From Alphaproteobacteria bacterium (GTDB lineage: Bacteria; Pseudomonadota; Alphaproteobacteria; Rickettsiales; UBA3002): a stretch of DNA of 64,000 bases. Positions 20,701 through 29,200 of this stretch are shown here, one piece after another. Position 1 is the stretch's first letter. Each line of letters opens with the position of its first letter. Position numbers and translations under genes: made by a program. The notes below the pieces were generated by a model. That model worked only from the letters and a program-made list of their open reading frames with translations. It was not told where the DNA came from and did not search any database. The stretch lies in assembly GCA_035911175.1 (NCBI GenBank), contig JAMHWA010000022.1:27329-91328 (forward strand). Direction: 5' to 3'.

Positions 20701-22272
20701 CGCCTGCGTCACGCCACACAAGGGGTCACGCTCATTTCACCGCCACCGCACCACGATATTTATTCCATCGAAGACCTCGCGCAGCTGATTTATGATTTGA
20801 AGCAAATCAACCCCACCGCACTTGTCTCGGTCAAACTCGTTGCACAATCGGGCATTGGCACGATTGCGGCGGGTGTGGCGAAGGCAATGGCGGATAAAAT
20901 CGTCATCTCGGGTCATTCGGGCGGCACAGGCGCGAGTGCGTGGAGCAGCGTGAAGCATGCCGGTGTGCCTTGGGAAATGGGGCTGGCGGAAGCGAACCAA
21001 GTGCTTACGTTAAACCGTTTGCGCCACCGTGTGACATTGCAGACGGATGGCGGGTTAAAAACGGGCCGCGACATTGTGATTGCTGCCATTTTAGGTGCGG
21101 AAGAATATGCGCTTGGCACAGCGTCCCTCGTCGCCATGGGCTGCCTCATGGTGCGCCAATGCCATAGCAACACCTGCCCTGTAGGTATCACCACGCAGGA
21201 TGAAAGCTTACGCAGCAAATTCGAGGGCACGGTGGAAAAAGTCGTCAATCTCATGAGCTTTGTCGCCGAGGAAGTGCGCGAGATTTTGGCGTCGCTCGGG
21301 GTGCGCTCGCTCAACGAAATTGTCGGGCGCACGGAGTTGCTGAGCCAAGTGAATCGAGGCAGCGAGGAGTTGGTGGATCTGGATTTGAACACGCTGCTCA
21401 CCCAAGCGGATGCTGGGCCACATGCGCGCCACTGCACGCTCACCGTGCGCAACGAGGTGCCCGATACGCTGGACGCTGAAATGCTCGATGCCGTGAAAGA
21501 AGCGCTAGTAAATGGCGAAAAAATTCAGCTTGCCTATAATGTCCGCAACGTGATGCGTAGCATTGGCACGCGGCTTTCTTCGGCCGTGGTGCGCCACGGT
21601 GGCGCGGCGTATGACGAGCAGATTACTCTGCGTTTGCGCGGCTCGGCAGGGCAATCGCTGGGGGCGTTCCTCGCGCGCGGCATTCGTATAGAGCTGTTGG
21701 GCGAAGCGAATGATTATGTTGGCAAAGGCTTATCAGGCGGCACCATCATGGTGCGCCCACGCCCAAGCAGCACCCTCACGCCGCATGCGAACACCATCGT
21801 CGGCAACACCGTGCTTTATGGTGCCACCAGCGGCGCACTGTTTGCCAATGGCCAAGCGGGCGAGCGCTTTGCCGTACGTAATTCTGGTGCCGACGCAGTG
21901 GTCGAAGGCTGCGGCAGCAATGGCTGCGAATATATGACGGGCGGCCATGTGGTCATCCTTGGCGAGGTAGGCCAGAATTTCGCGGCGGGGATGACGGGCG
22001 GCATGGCCTTTGTCTATGATGCAAGCACCACCTTCATGAAACGCGTGAACGATGAATCGGTGGTGGTGCAGCGCTTGCACTCGGCACATTGGGAAGGTGT
22101 CTTGGTAGCATTGCTGGAGCAGCATGTGCGTGAAACCGCCTCGCCGCAAGCCAGCCATATCCTTGCGCATTGGGATGAATGCCGCAGCAATTTCTGGCAA
22201 GTGTGCCCCAGTGAAATGGTGTCGCGCCTTGCGCACCCGCTGACCGACGAACCTTTTGCCAAGCGAGCATAG
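17755..22272 (+). CDS. gltB: Glutamate synthase large subunit
   Basis: 1505 aa. Ntn-amidotransferase Cys in DACGVGLIA after a short propeptide, FMN/3Fe-4S region (CHSNTCPVGITTQD) and a C-terminal GXGXG domain. 11-nt overlap with gltD. Confidence 0.97.
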   Translation: MWHEDFDTRAEHLAQHGLYAKSDERDACGVGLIAAIDGVPRRAIVEKAIEGLRNMWHRGAVDADGKTGDGAGIHVQLPQAFFADYIARIGKKPDARIAVGMVFLPKKNFAAQEQCRAIIETEILRLGYHIHGWRQVPVVAEVIGDIASESRPEIEQVMIAGRPELDEQRTERDMYLIRRRIENAVRAKAINDFYICSLSSRSIIYKGLFKAEQLTAFYPDLLDERFISNFAVFHQRFSTNTAPAWHLAQPFRVLAHNGEINTLRGNINFMRSHEASFTCEAFKGVEDDLRPVIPEHTSDTGALDAVMEILTRAGRALPLAKLILIPPAWSKNKELPQHHRHLFACCNAVSEQWDGPAAIAATDGEWVIAGMDRNGLRPMRTLVTRDGLLICASESGMVQVEEENVLERGRLGPGEMIGVNLLQQKLFHDYELKDYLAAEKPYSEWVGKTILLRDVLQQTRSKKREVPDGNALLQRQRAVGLSMEVVEGIIHPMAVTAKEAVGSMGDDAAMAVLSDTFRPFHHYFRQNFSQVTNPPIDSLREARVMSLKTRFGNDGNFLALDDSHSEIVLADTPILLAHEMAAVAQHLKKRITRIDTTFALDGEENGLRRALDRIVAEAEKAALAGKSFLLLSDEATNETRASIPMILAISAVHSHLVKKKLRKRSSILVRTDECSDVHALAVMIGSGATVVHPALAEDTIVLRHSRKLLGGISCEQALENLREALGQGLLKIMAKMGISVVSAYRGGLNFEAIGLSRALATEFFVGLPSRISGIGLSGIEARIRKQYAVAYPTQDVGMQGLPVGGFYRLRAGADAHAWTGENIHALQTAVTKGSYQLYKKYAASVYAAPPISLRDLFDFVGSTTPIAIEEVEPVVAIRKRFIAPAMSLGALSPEAHEVLAVAMNLIGAASNSGEGGEGPERYTPRANGDNANSVIKQIASGRFGVTAEYLNSARELQIKVAQGAKPGEGGQLPGFKVTVEIARLRHATQGVTLISPPPHHDIYSIEDLAQLIYDLKQINPTALVSVKLVAQSGIGTIAAGVAKAMADKIVISGHSGGTGASAWSSVKHAGVPWEMGLAEANQVLTLNRLRHRVTLQTDGGLKTGRDIVIAAILGAEEYALGTASLVAMGCLMVRQCHSNTCPVGITTQDESLRSKFEGTVEKVVNLMSFVAEEVREILASLGVRSLNEIVGRTELLSQVNRGSEELVDLDLNTLLTQADAGPHARHCTLTVRNEVPDTLDAEMLDAVKEALVNGEKIQLAYNVRNVMRSIGTRLSSAVVRHGGAAYDEQITLRLRGSAGQSLGAFLARGIRIELLGEANDYVGKGLSGGTIMVRPRPSSTLTPHANTIVGNTVLYGATSGALFANGQAGERFAVRNSGADAVVEGCGSNGCEYMTGGHVVILGEVGQNFAAGMTGGMAFVYDASTTFMKRVNDESVVVQRLHSAHWEGVLVALLEQHVRETASPQASHILAHWDECRSNFWQVCPSEMVSRLAHPLTDEPFAKRA

Positions 22273-22274
22273 CC

Positions 22275-24044
22275 ATGTGGTGGCGACGCATTCTTGCAGT
22301 ATTTTTATGGCTTATTGCGCTGGTGATTTTTGCTTATGCATTGCTGCCGTGGCGGCCGTTTCTGGCGAAGCAAATTGTGGCGCAGATTGAAAAGCAGGGC
22401 ATTACCCCCGCAGCACTCGAGGTCGAGGATATTACCCTGCGTGGTGTGCGCTTGCGCAACCTGTCACTTGGCAAGCCCCCACTGACGCTGTCGCGGGCTG
22501 AGGTGGGTTATGATTGGCGTGGCCTGCTTGCCGGAAAAGGCGCGAATGAAGCGAAGCTTCATGGCCTTAATCTATCGCTTACGCAGATGCCTGATGGGTG
22601 GAAAATCGATGGGCTTCCCATGATGCTTGGGGGTGCAACAAAAAGTGAAAGCCAACCCGAAATTCCTGTCGCGCGTGCAGCGCTTCCTGTGTTGCCGCTG
22701 GCATCGGTTTCGCTTGAGAATAGCCGGCTGATTGTGCGAGCAAATGGCTGGTCGGTCGATGCGCCACTCTCCCTTATGTTGCAGCAAAACCCTGCAGTAA
22801 ACATGGTGCTAAAAACAGAAAAACCGACGTTGAAATTCGGTGATAAAACTATCCCGCTTGATGGGTTCGAAGTGAGCCTTGCGCTGGATGAATCTGCGCA
22901 GCAATGGAACGGGAAGTGGAGCCTTGCGGGGCTCAATTATCCGCTGGCTGGCCTTGCCATCATGCCGCTGTTTGGCGAGGGCGACGTGACGTTGATGAAA
23001 GACAACGTGCGCGTGAGTGGCGGGCTATTTGGTGCAGAAGGTGCGAAGGCCAAATTCGCCCTTGAATATGCGCTTGCCAAGCCCGAAACATCGACCCTTA
23101 CCGTCACCGATGCTTCGCTGCCCTACATGAAGGGTACGCTAGGCATTCCGAGTATGAAGCTGATGCTCGATGCGCCGATGGTGATTGAGGCTGAGGCGAT
23201 ACTCGAGAATTTAATCCCTAACCCCGCAAACTCAACGGAGGTACTGAGTGCAATCGTGGCGCTGGATGCTAAGCAATCGGCCGATGCAAAAAGCTGGGCA
23301 GGCACGTGGCGGTTGCGCGAGGCGAATTATGGCATCGAGGCAATCCCCTTGCCAACCCTTGCGGGTAGTGGTGATATGGCGTTTGATGCTACCGCGCTCA
23401 AGGCGCATGGAACGATTGCGAACAAAGAAAAAACATACCGCGCTGGGTTCGATGTGCAGCTTGGCCTGAAGCCAGATGCCACCTCCACCCTCAAGATCAG
23501 CGATGCTAGTATGCCGTGGGGTGGCGGCAATGTAGCGGCGCGCAATGTGCGCGTGCCGCTGAATGGTAAGTCGGACATCACCCTGAACCTCGATGTGCGC
23601 CAAGTGGAGATTGACACGCTGCTGCAAAGCCTGACAGGCAACAAGGCCACGGCCACGGGGGTTGTGTCGGGCAGCTTTCCGCTTATCATCACCGCCACAG
23701 GCGATGTGAAAGTGGGTAAGGGCACACTCAAGGCCGAGCAGCCGGGGGTCATTGCCCTCTCGCCCGAGGTGATTCCGGGCGATAATGCGCAAGTGGCACT
23801 GGCACGCGATGTATTGAAAAATCTGCATTACAGCCTGCTCTCGCTAGAGTTGGGGATGGAGGAGGATGGTGGCCTGAGTGTACGCCTTGCGGTGGATGGC
23901 AGTAACCCCGATGTCGAGAATGGCCGCCCCATTAAATTAAAGGTGAATTTATCTGGCGATGTGCTAGACTTGATTCAACAAAACGTAAAACTGATGAGCG
24001 ACCCCGAAACCTTTATCAAGCAGAACACCCATGAAAAAAACTAG
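22275..24044 (+). CDS. ydbH: YdbH-like AsmA-family intermembrane lipid-transfer protein
   Basis: N-terminal TM anchor, a long beta-rich body and a C-terminal YdbH-type domain (LHYSLLSLELGMEEDGGLSVRLAVDGSNPD). It is followed by ynbE and ydbL as in E. coli. The ATG is 2 nt after the gltB stop. Confidence 0.8.
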   Translation: MWWRRILAVFLWLIALVIFAYALLPWRPFLAKQIVAQIEKQGITPAALEVEDITLRGVRLRNLSLGKPPLTLSRAEVGYDWRGLLAGKGANEAKLHGLNLSLTQMPDGWKIDGLPMMLGGATKSESQPEIPVARAALPVLPLASVSLENSRLIVRANGWSVDAPLSLMLQQNPAVNMVLKTEKPTLKFGDKTIPLDGFEVSLALDESAQQWNGKWSLAGLNYPLAGLAIMPLFGEGDVTLMKDNVRVSGGLFGAEGAKAKFALEYALAKPETSTLTVTDASLPYMKGTLGIPSMKLMLDAPMVIEAEAILENLIPNPANSTEVLSAIVALDAKQSADAKSWAGTWRLREANYGIEAIPLPTLAGSGDMAFDATALKAHGTIANKEKTYRAGFDVQLGLKPDATSTLKISDASMPWGGGNVAARNVRVPLNGKSDITLNLDVRQVEIDTLLQSLTGNKATATGVVSGSFPLIITATGDVKVGKGTLKAEQPGVIALSPEVIPGDNAQVALARDVLKNLHYSLLSLELGMEEDGGLSVRLAVDGSNPDVENGRPIKLKVNLSGDVLDLIQQNVKLMSDPETFIKQNTHEKN

Positions 24045-24213
24045 CCTCTTGTTGCTGCTGCCGCTGATGGCCGCCTGCACCCCCACTGTAAAGGTGGAAG
24101 CACCCGATAAGCCGATTGAAATTAACCTCAACGTCAAAATCGAACAGCATGTGAAAGTCTCGATCGAGAAAGACGTGAGCCAGACCATCAAAAAACGTAA
24201 AGATATTTTCTAA
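24031..24213 (+). CDS. ynbE: YnbE family lipoprotein
   Basis: 60 aa, lipobox LMAAC, then TPTVKVEAPDKPIEINLNVKIEQ, closely resembling E. coli YnbE as I recall it. Overlaps the ydbH 3' end. Confidence 0.85.
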   Translation: MKKTSLLLLLPLMAACTPTVKVEAPDKPIEINLNVKIEQHVKVSIEKDVSQTIKKRKDIF

Positions 24214-24509
24214 TGGGGACGATTATGAAAAAGCAGATTGTTATGGCATTAGCCGCATTGCTGGTTGCGCTGCCTGCCTATGCGCTTGATTTACACAGTG
24301 CTCGCGCCTCGGGTGCGGTGGCGGAACTGCCAACGGGCTACATTAAGGCCGTAACGCCATCGGCCGAAGTGAATGCACTGGTGGCGGATGTGAACGCCAA
24401 GCGTAAGGCGGAATATACACGCATCAGCAAGGAAAATGGCCAATCGGTTGAGTTGGTGGGCCAGCTGGCTGCTCCACAGATTGCCAAAAGCATCGCGGCG
24501 GGTAACTAG
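24213..24509 (+). CDS. ydbL: YdbL (DUF1318) periplasmic protein
   Basis: Signal peptide, then the AR.SG.V.E...GYI and NAKRKAEYTRISKENG pattern of DUF1318. The ATG overlaps the ynbE stop. An alternative start MKKQIV lies at 24225. Confidence 0.8.
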   Translation: MGTIMKKQIVMALAALLVALPAYALDLHSARASGAVAELPTGYIKAVTPSAEVNALVADVNAKRKAEYTRISKENGQSVELVGQLAAPQIAKSIAAGN

Positions 24510-24583
24510 CCACATTTGCACAAATTGCGCTTGAGATTGCCTTGATTTGGCGCTAGTTGGCTGGCTCCACCAAGGAGCTTACC

Positions 24584-25936
24584 ATGACTGCTATCTACGA
24601 ATTCATTGTCCGCGACGAAATGCGCGATTCCCCCACCATGAGCGCGGCCGCCATGGCCGATGCTGCCAAAGCGCGCGGCAAAAAGGTGGAGATTGTCACC
24701 ATCGGTGATTTGTTCCCCAAACCCGCGCAGGCGGAAGTGGAAGGCTGGCTCGCCACTTTGTTGGCAGATGCAAAGAAGGCAGAGAATGCTGCCGACGAGA
24801 AATTCAAAACCATCCGCGATGCGGCAAAAATCTATGCCTATTCGGAAACCACCGGTTTGCCATCGCTTCGCGCGGCAGCGGCCGAGTGCTTCACGCGTGA
24901 TACGGGCATCTCTGCCACCACGGCGGATGTATGCATTGGCACCGGCGGCAAAGGTGCGCTCAATGGTGCGCTCGCGGTGTTCAAAGCGGGTGATGTGGTA
25001 TTCGTCACCGCCCCCGGTTGGCCCACGAATTACGACATGTTCCCTGCGGGCGTGAAGCTTGTAGAACTTGCCACGGGTGACGGTATTTTGCGTGCGGAGG
25101 TGCTTAAGGAAGCACTTGCGAAATATCCCGAGCCAGCGGCGATTCTCATCAACGCGCCGTGCAACCCCACGGGCGCAAACTACACCCCCGCCGAGCGCGA
25201 GGCGTTTTTTGCGGCGGTCGCTGCGTCCACCAAAAACACGGTGGTGCTGAGCGACGACCCCTACGGCAAACTGGTGTTCGACCGCATGCCGTATGTAATC
25301 ACGAATGTGCTGCAACGTGGCGAGGCCGAGAAAGCGCTGTTCGCCGCTGGCCGCATTGCGGCATTCCGCACCGTGTCGAAGGAATATGGCCTTGCGGGCT
25401 TGCGTGTAGGCTTCATTATCAGTAAAAATAAAACCATGGTCGCGAGCCTCAAGAAGTGGAACGAGAGCAAAGGCGGCGGCATGGGTGTCGAGGATCAGCT
25501 CAAAGCACAAGCAGCGCTGATGTATGGGGATAGCTTTATCGAGCGCACTGTGGCGACGCTGATGGAAAAACGCGCGCTGCTCATTGATGGGATTGCAGCA
25601 CTGAACTATGCCAGCGTGGAAGCGCCACGCGGCACGATTTATGGCTGGGTGAATTTTGCAGGCCTCAAGGGCTGCACGGTGCCAGCCGAGGTATCGGAAA
25701 CGGGCGCAGCGTATGTGATTGATTCAGCCGCTGTGATGATGCGCTATTTGGTCAATGTGGCGGGTGTGTGTGGTGTCGGCGGCGTGCCGTTCTATGCGCC
25801 GGATTCACCAAGCGCGCTGACCGATTGGCATGTGCGCATTTCCTTCTGCTGCGAAACGGCGCAACTGAAAACCGCGCTGGCGAATTTAGCAGCGGCAGAA
25901 AAGTTGCTCAAAGCGGGTAACTCGCAAGCGGCCTAG
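24584..25936 (+). CDS. Class I/II PLP-dependent aminotransferase
   Basis: NAPCNPTG, DDPYG and the Schiff-base lysine motif SKEYGLAGLRVGF. AAGGAG lies 6 nt upstream of the ATG at 24584 (the track ORF begins at an upstream TTG). Confidence 0.85.
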   Translation: MTAIYEFIVRDEMRDSPTMSAAAMADAAKARGKKVEIVTIGDLFPKPAQAEVEGWLATLLADAKKAENAADEKFKTIRDAAKIYAYSETTGLPSLRAAAAECFTRDTGISATTADVCIGTGGKGALNGALAVFKAGDVVFVTAPGWPTNYDMFPAGVKLVELATGDGILRAEVLKEALAKYPEPAAILINAPCNPTGANYTPAEREAFFAAVAASTKNTVVLSDDPYGKLVFDRMPYVITNVLQRGEAEKALFAAGRIAAFRTVSKEYGLAGLRVGFIISKNKTMVASLKKWNESKGGGMGVEDQLKAQAALMYGDSFIERTVATLMEKRALLIDGIAALNYASVEAPRGTIYGWVNFAGLKGCTVPAEVSETGAAYVIDSAAVMMRYLVNVAGVCGVGGVPFYAPDSPSALTDWHVRISFCCETAQLKTALANLAAAEKLLKAGNSQAA

Positions 25937-26709
25937 CGGCACATGGTCATGCCGCCAGCGTTTGCCTTTGTGCAAACCGTTGGCGTGTTGTCATTCGCTG
26001 CCACTGGAATTTGGGTGGTTGCTTTCAACTCCGCGCGCGCCGCAGCTAACTCGGCCTTAAATTGCGGGTTCTCTTTCATCGTGGCATAAATCATTGCTGC
26101 AAGGCGTTTGCCGCCTTCGATGTCGCTGGGGTAATGCACGCCACCTTTCACGCGGTTCATGCCGATGCTGTAGGCGTGGTTGAACAGCGCCTTACGCTTG
26201 GTAGGGAACAATTCGGCCAGCACATGCGCCCAGACATGGTTGGTGGTGGTGTGGCCGCTGGGGTAGCTGGGGCGGGTGATTTTTTTAGCGAGTAGCTCGA
26301 CGCGCTTATCCGTCAGCCATGGGCGGGTGCGCCCCCAGAAATCCTGCACGTTATCGCCAATGCGCCATGCGTCGGACTGCGCATGGTCGAGCACCGTGAA
26401 CAATGCAGGGTGGGTTTCGCGCGTGTAGCCTGCGCCAAGCACGGGCTCGATAATCATCGCAACTTTAATGCTATCTTCATGCATGATGCGGTCTTTTTCC
26501 GCGGCGCTTAGCTTCGATTGAATGGCTAGGATACGCGTGATTTCTTTTTTCTGTGTCGCGCTGCCATCCGTTGGGGGTGCGCCAAGGGTGCAGGGGCACA
26601 CATCATCGATCGTTACGAATTGCGAAGGGTGAGGGTATTTATCGCCAGCACCGCAGGCGGTGAGGATGAGCAATGCTGAAACCATGAGCCATTGACGTGC
26701 GCGCAACAT
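25933..26709 (-). CDS. Class A acid phosphatase / PAP2-family lipoprotein
   Basis: PAP2 motifs KITRPSYPSGHTT and VKGGVHYPSDIEGG. Start set at ATG 26709 (MLRARQWLMVSALLILTAC lipobox, GGAGG upstream). The longer track ORF would overlap secF. Confidence 0.85.
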   Translation of the reverse strand: MLRARQWLMVSALLILTACGAGDKYPHPSQFVTIDDVCPCTLGAPPTDGSATQKKEITRILAIQSKLSAAEKDRIMHEDSIKVAMIIEPVLGAGYTRETHPALFTVLDHAQSDAWRIGDNVQDFWGRTRPWLTDKRVELLAKKITRPSYPSGHTTTNHVWAHVLAELFPTKRKALFNHAYSIGMNRVKGGVHYPSDIEGGKRLAAMIYATMKENPQFKAELAAARAELKATTQIPVAANDNTPTVCTKANAGGMTMCR

Positions 26710-26806
26710 GAATACCTCCGAAGATGATGATGAAGCATCACTGCCATAGATAGGGAGTGCCTGCAACGCCAAAGGCCGCATTGGGGGCATGCGTTGGGCG
26801 CAAGCG

Positions 26807-27736
26807 TTACGCCTTGGCGGGTGCCAACTCCGAGCGGCGGAGGTCAAGGTAAAGCAGGATGGTCGAGGATACATAAATCGACGAATAGGTGCCGACAATC
26901 ACACCAAAAATCATCGCCGCCGAGAAGCCAAACAGCACATCACCACCCAGCAGCACGAGGCCGAGCAATGCGGCAAGCGTGGTGCCACCTGTGAGGAAGG
27001 TGCGCGCCAGCGTTTCGTTACAGGCGAGATTGATAATCTCGGGTACAGGCTTCACCTTATATTTACGCAAATCTTCGCGGATACGGTCGTAAATCACCAC
27101 CGAATCGTTGATGGAATAACCAATCACCGTCAGGATGGCGGCAACGGAGGTGAGGTTAAATTCGATTTGGGTTACGGAATAAAAGCCCACTACCAAAATT
27201 GCATCATGGAACAGGGCAAGGATGCCGCCAAAGCCATATTGCCACTCGAAACGGAACCACAGATAGACCATGATAGCCGCCATCGCCACGGCGAGCGCAA
27301 TCAGGCTGCCGCGAATCAACTCGTTGCCCACTTGTGGCCCCACATAATCGGTGCGCAGATATTCAACCTTTGCGCCATAGCCCGTATCCAGTGTGGCGCG
27401 CACGGCGTTTGCCACGTCGCTTTGCTTCGCATCATTTTCGGGTTTCAGGCGAATCATCACATCGGTGCCTTCCTTGCCGACAGATTGCAGTGAGGCGTTT
27501 TTGGTTTGTGCCTCGGCGCCAAGTAGTGCGCGCATTTTACTGACGTCCGCCACCTGCTCGGTGCGCACTTCCATGACAACACCACCCGAGAAATCAATCC
27601 CGAAATTCAGGCCATTGATGGTCAGCGATACAATGGTGGCCAGTACACCAAGGATGGTAATCGCAAACCCTGCTTTCCGAAAGCCAACAAAATCATAGTT
27701 GGGGATGGTTGGGAAAAGTTGAATGGGAAAGCGCAT
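26807..27736 (-). CDS. secF: Protein translocase subunit SecF
   Basis: FDFVGFRKAGFAITI...GLNFGIDFSGG N-terminus plus six TM segments typical of SecF. Start at ATG 27736 (MRFPIQLF). Confidence 0.9.
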   Translation of the reverse strand: MRFPIQLFPTIPNYDFVGFRKAGFAITILGVLATIVSLTINGLNFGIDFSGGVVMEVRTEQVADVSKMRALLGAEAQTKNASLQSVGKEGTDVMIRLKPENDAKQSDVANAVRATLDTGYGAKVEYLRTDYVGPQVGNELIRGSLIALAVAMAAIMVYLWFRFEWQYGFGGILALFHDAILVVGFYSVTQIEFNLTSVAAILTVIGYSINDSVVIYDRIREDLRKYKVKPVPEIINLACNETLARTFLTGGTTLAALLGLVLLGGDVLFGFSAAMIFGVIVGTYSSIYVSSTILLYLDLRRSELAPAKA

Positions 27737-27743
27737 GTCGAGC

Positions 27744-29006
27744 CTATAGGGTGTTGTCGTAGTAGGTTTTCTTATCCAGCGTGCCTTCGGTCGCATCCAC
27801 AATGAGGGTGATTGCACAGTCGCCCGTAATGTTAATCGTGGTGCGAATCATGTCGAGCACGCGGTCAACACCGAGCAGTAGGCCAATGCCTTCAATCGGC
27901 AGACCCACCGAATGCAGCACCATGCTCATGAAGATGATGGAGCCAGAGGGAATACCCGCCGCACCAATAGAGCCAAAGGTACAGGTCAGCAGGAGCATGG
28001 CATAGTCTGCAGTGTGCAGTTCAACGCCAAAGAATTGGGCGAAGAAGAGGGCGCAGATACCCAGATAAATCGCGGTGCCATCCATGTTGATGCAAGCGCC
28101 CAGTGGCAGAAGGAACTGAGTGGATTGTGCCGAGACGCCGAGTTTGTTTTCGCACTCGCGCATGGCGGTGGTGAGTGTCGCCTTCGAGCTGCTGGTCGAA
28201 AATGCCATGAGCTGCGTTGTCAGCAACTTTTTATAGAATACCATGGGATTAACGCGCGCGAACACCGCAATCAGCACCCCAAAGAGTGCGTATTGGAAAG
28301 CGCATGCGGCAATGACAGCTGCGCAAAGCTTCGCCAGAATTTTGAGAATTTCGACCCCTTGGGTGCCTACTGACCACGCCATGAAGCCAAACACGGCAAG
28401 CGGGGCAAGGCGCACGATATATTCGATCATGCGGAAAACAATTTGGCTGAAATCATAGAGGCTCTGACGTGGGCGCGCCGCCTTCTCGCCCATCATGTTC
28501 ATGGTGATACCAAAGAACACCGAGAACACCACTACCTGCAACAGGTTTGCCTCGGCAAACGCTTGAAACACGTTGGTGGGGATGAGGTTAAGGATGAAAT
28601 CTTTCACGTTGGGGGCAGGCGCATCGGTTGCCGCAGGCACAGCGCTTGCAAATTCGTTAATGTTCACGTGAAGGCCAAGCCCTGGCTGGAAAATCGTTCC
28701 TGCAACAAGGCCAATGACCACAGCAAAAATGGCGGTACATAAATAGGCGCCAACACCCTTGAAGCCAACCCGCTTAAAGTTTGCCCCGTCGCCCATGCTG
28801 GTCATGCCCGAAACAAGAGCAAGGAAGATGAGGGGAACCACCACCATTTTGATAAGATTGATAAAAACAGTACCCAGAACCTTGAAGCCTGCAGCGTCTT
28901 CCTTCAGTACAAAGCCAGTGATGATGCCCAGCACGAGGCAAAGCACCACCTGCTGCCACATTTTGAGGCCAAAAACCGTGAATTCTTTAACGTCTGCACC
29001 GGCCAT
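27744..29006 (-). CDS. Dicarboxylate/amino acid:cation symporter (DAACS family)
   Basis: 420 aa, polytopic. Family signatures SSSKATLTTAM and NMDGTAIY. Confidence 0.9.
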   Translation of the reverse strand: MAGADVKEFTVFGLKMWQQVVLCLVLGIITGFVLKEDAAGFKVLGTVFINLIKMVVVPLIFLALVSGMTSMGDGANFKRVGFKGVGAYLCTAIFAVVIGLVAGTIFQPGLGLHVNINEFASAVPAATDAPAPNVKDFILNLIPTNVFQAFAEANLLQVVVFSVFFGITMNMMGEKAARPRQSLYDFSQIVFRMIEYIVRLAPLAVFGFMAWSVGTQGVEILKILAKLCAAVIAACAFQYALFGVLIAVFARVNPMVFYKKLLTTQLMAFSTSSSKATLTTAMRECENKLGVSAQSTQFLLPLGACINMDGTAIYLGICALFFAQFFGVELHTADYAMLLLTCTFGSIGAAGIPSGSIIFMSMVLHSVGLPIEGIGLLLGVDRVLDMIRTTINITGDCAITLIVDATEGTLDKKTYYDNTL

Positions 29007-29149
29007 GAACTTTACCTTACGCGTAGTTATTGAAAAGGACTGCGAAATCGCGCGCCACCCTAGCAGCGCTCATGGTAGATGCTAGTTATTTTTGAAGGTT
29101 AGTGTGCGGTGCAATATGGGGGTGGGTAAGTAGGTGTTTTTTAAATAAG

Positions 29150-29180
29150 AAAAAGGCGGGGATTTCTCCCCGCCTTTTTT
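29150..29180. terminator. Bidirectional-looking rho-independent terminator (serves the dhs-like gene)
   Basis: AAAAA-GGCGGGGA-TTTC-TCCCCGCC-TTTTTT, located 20 nt beyond the stop of the 29201-30253 gene. Confidence 0.8.
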
Positions 29181-29200
29181 GTTATAAGTGCCTTAAAAGC

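Noticed and set aside
25933-26898. The full 321-aa version of the phosphatase ORF, and the 336-aa version of secF (to 27817).
   Set aside because: The N-terminal extensions overlap the neighbouring genes and lack similarity to the families. Internal ATGs with Shine-Dalgarno sequences give a lipoprotein signal (26709) and the canonical SecF N-terminus (27736).
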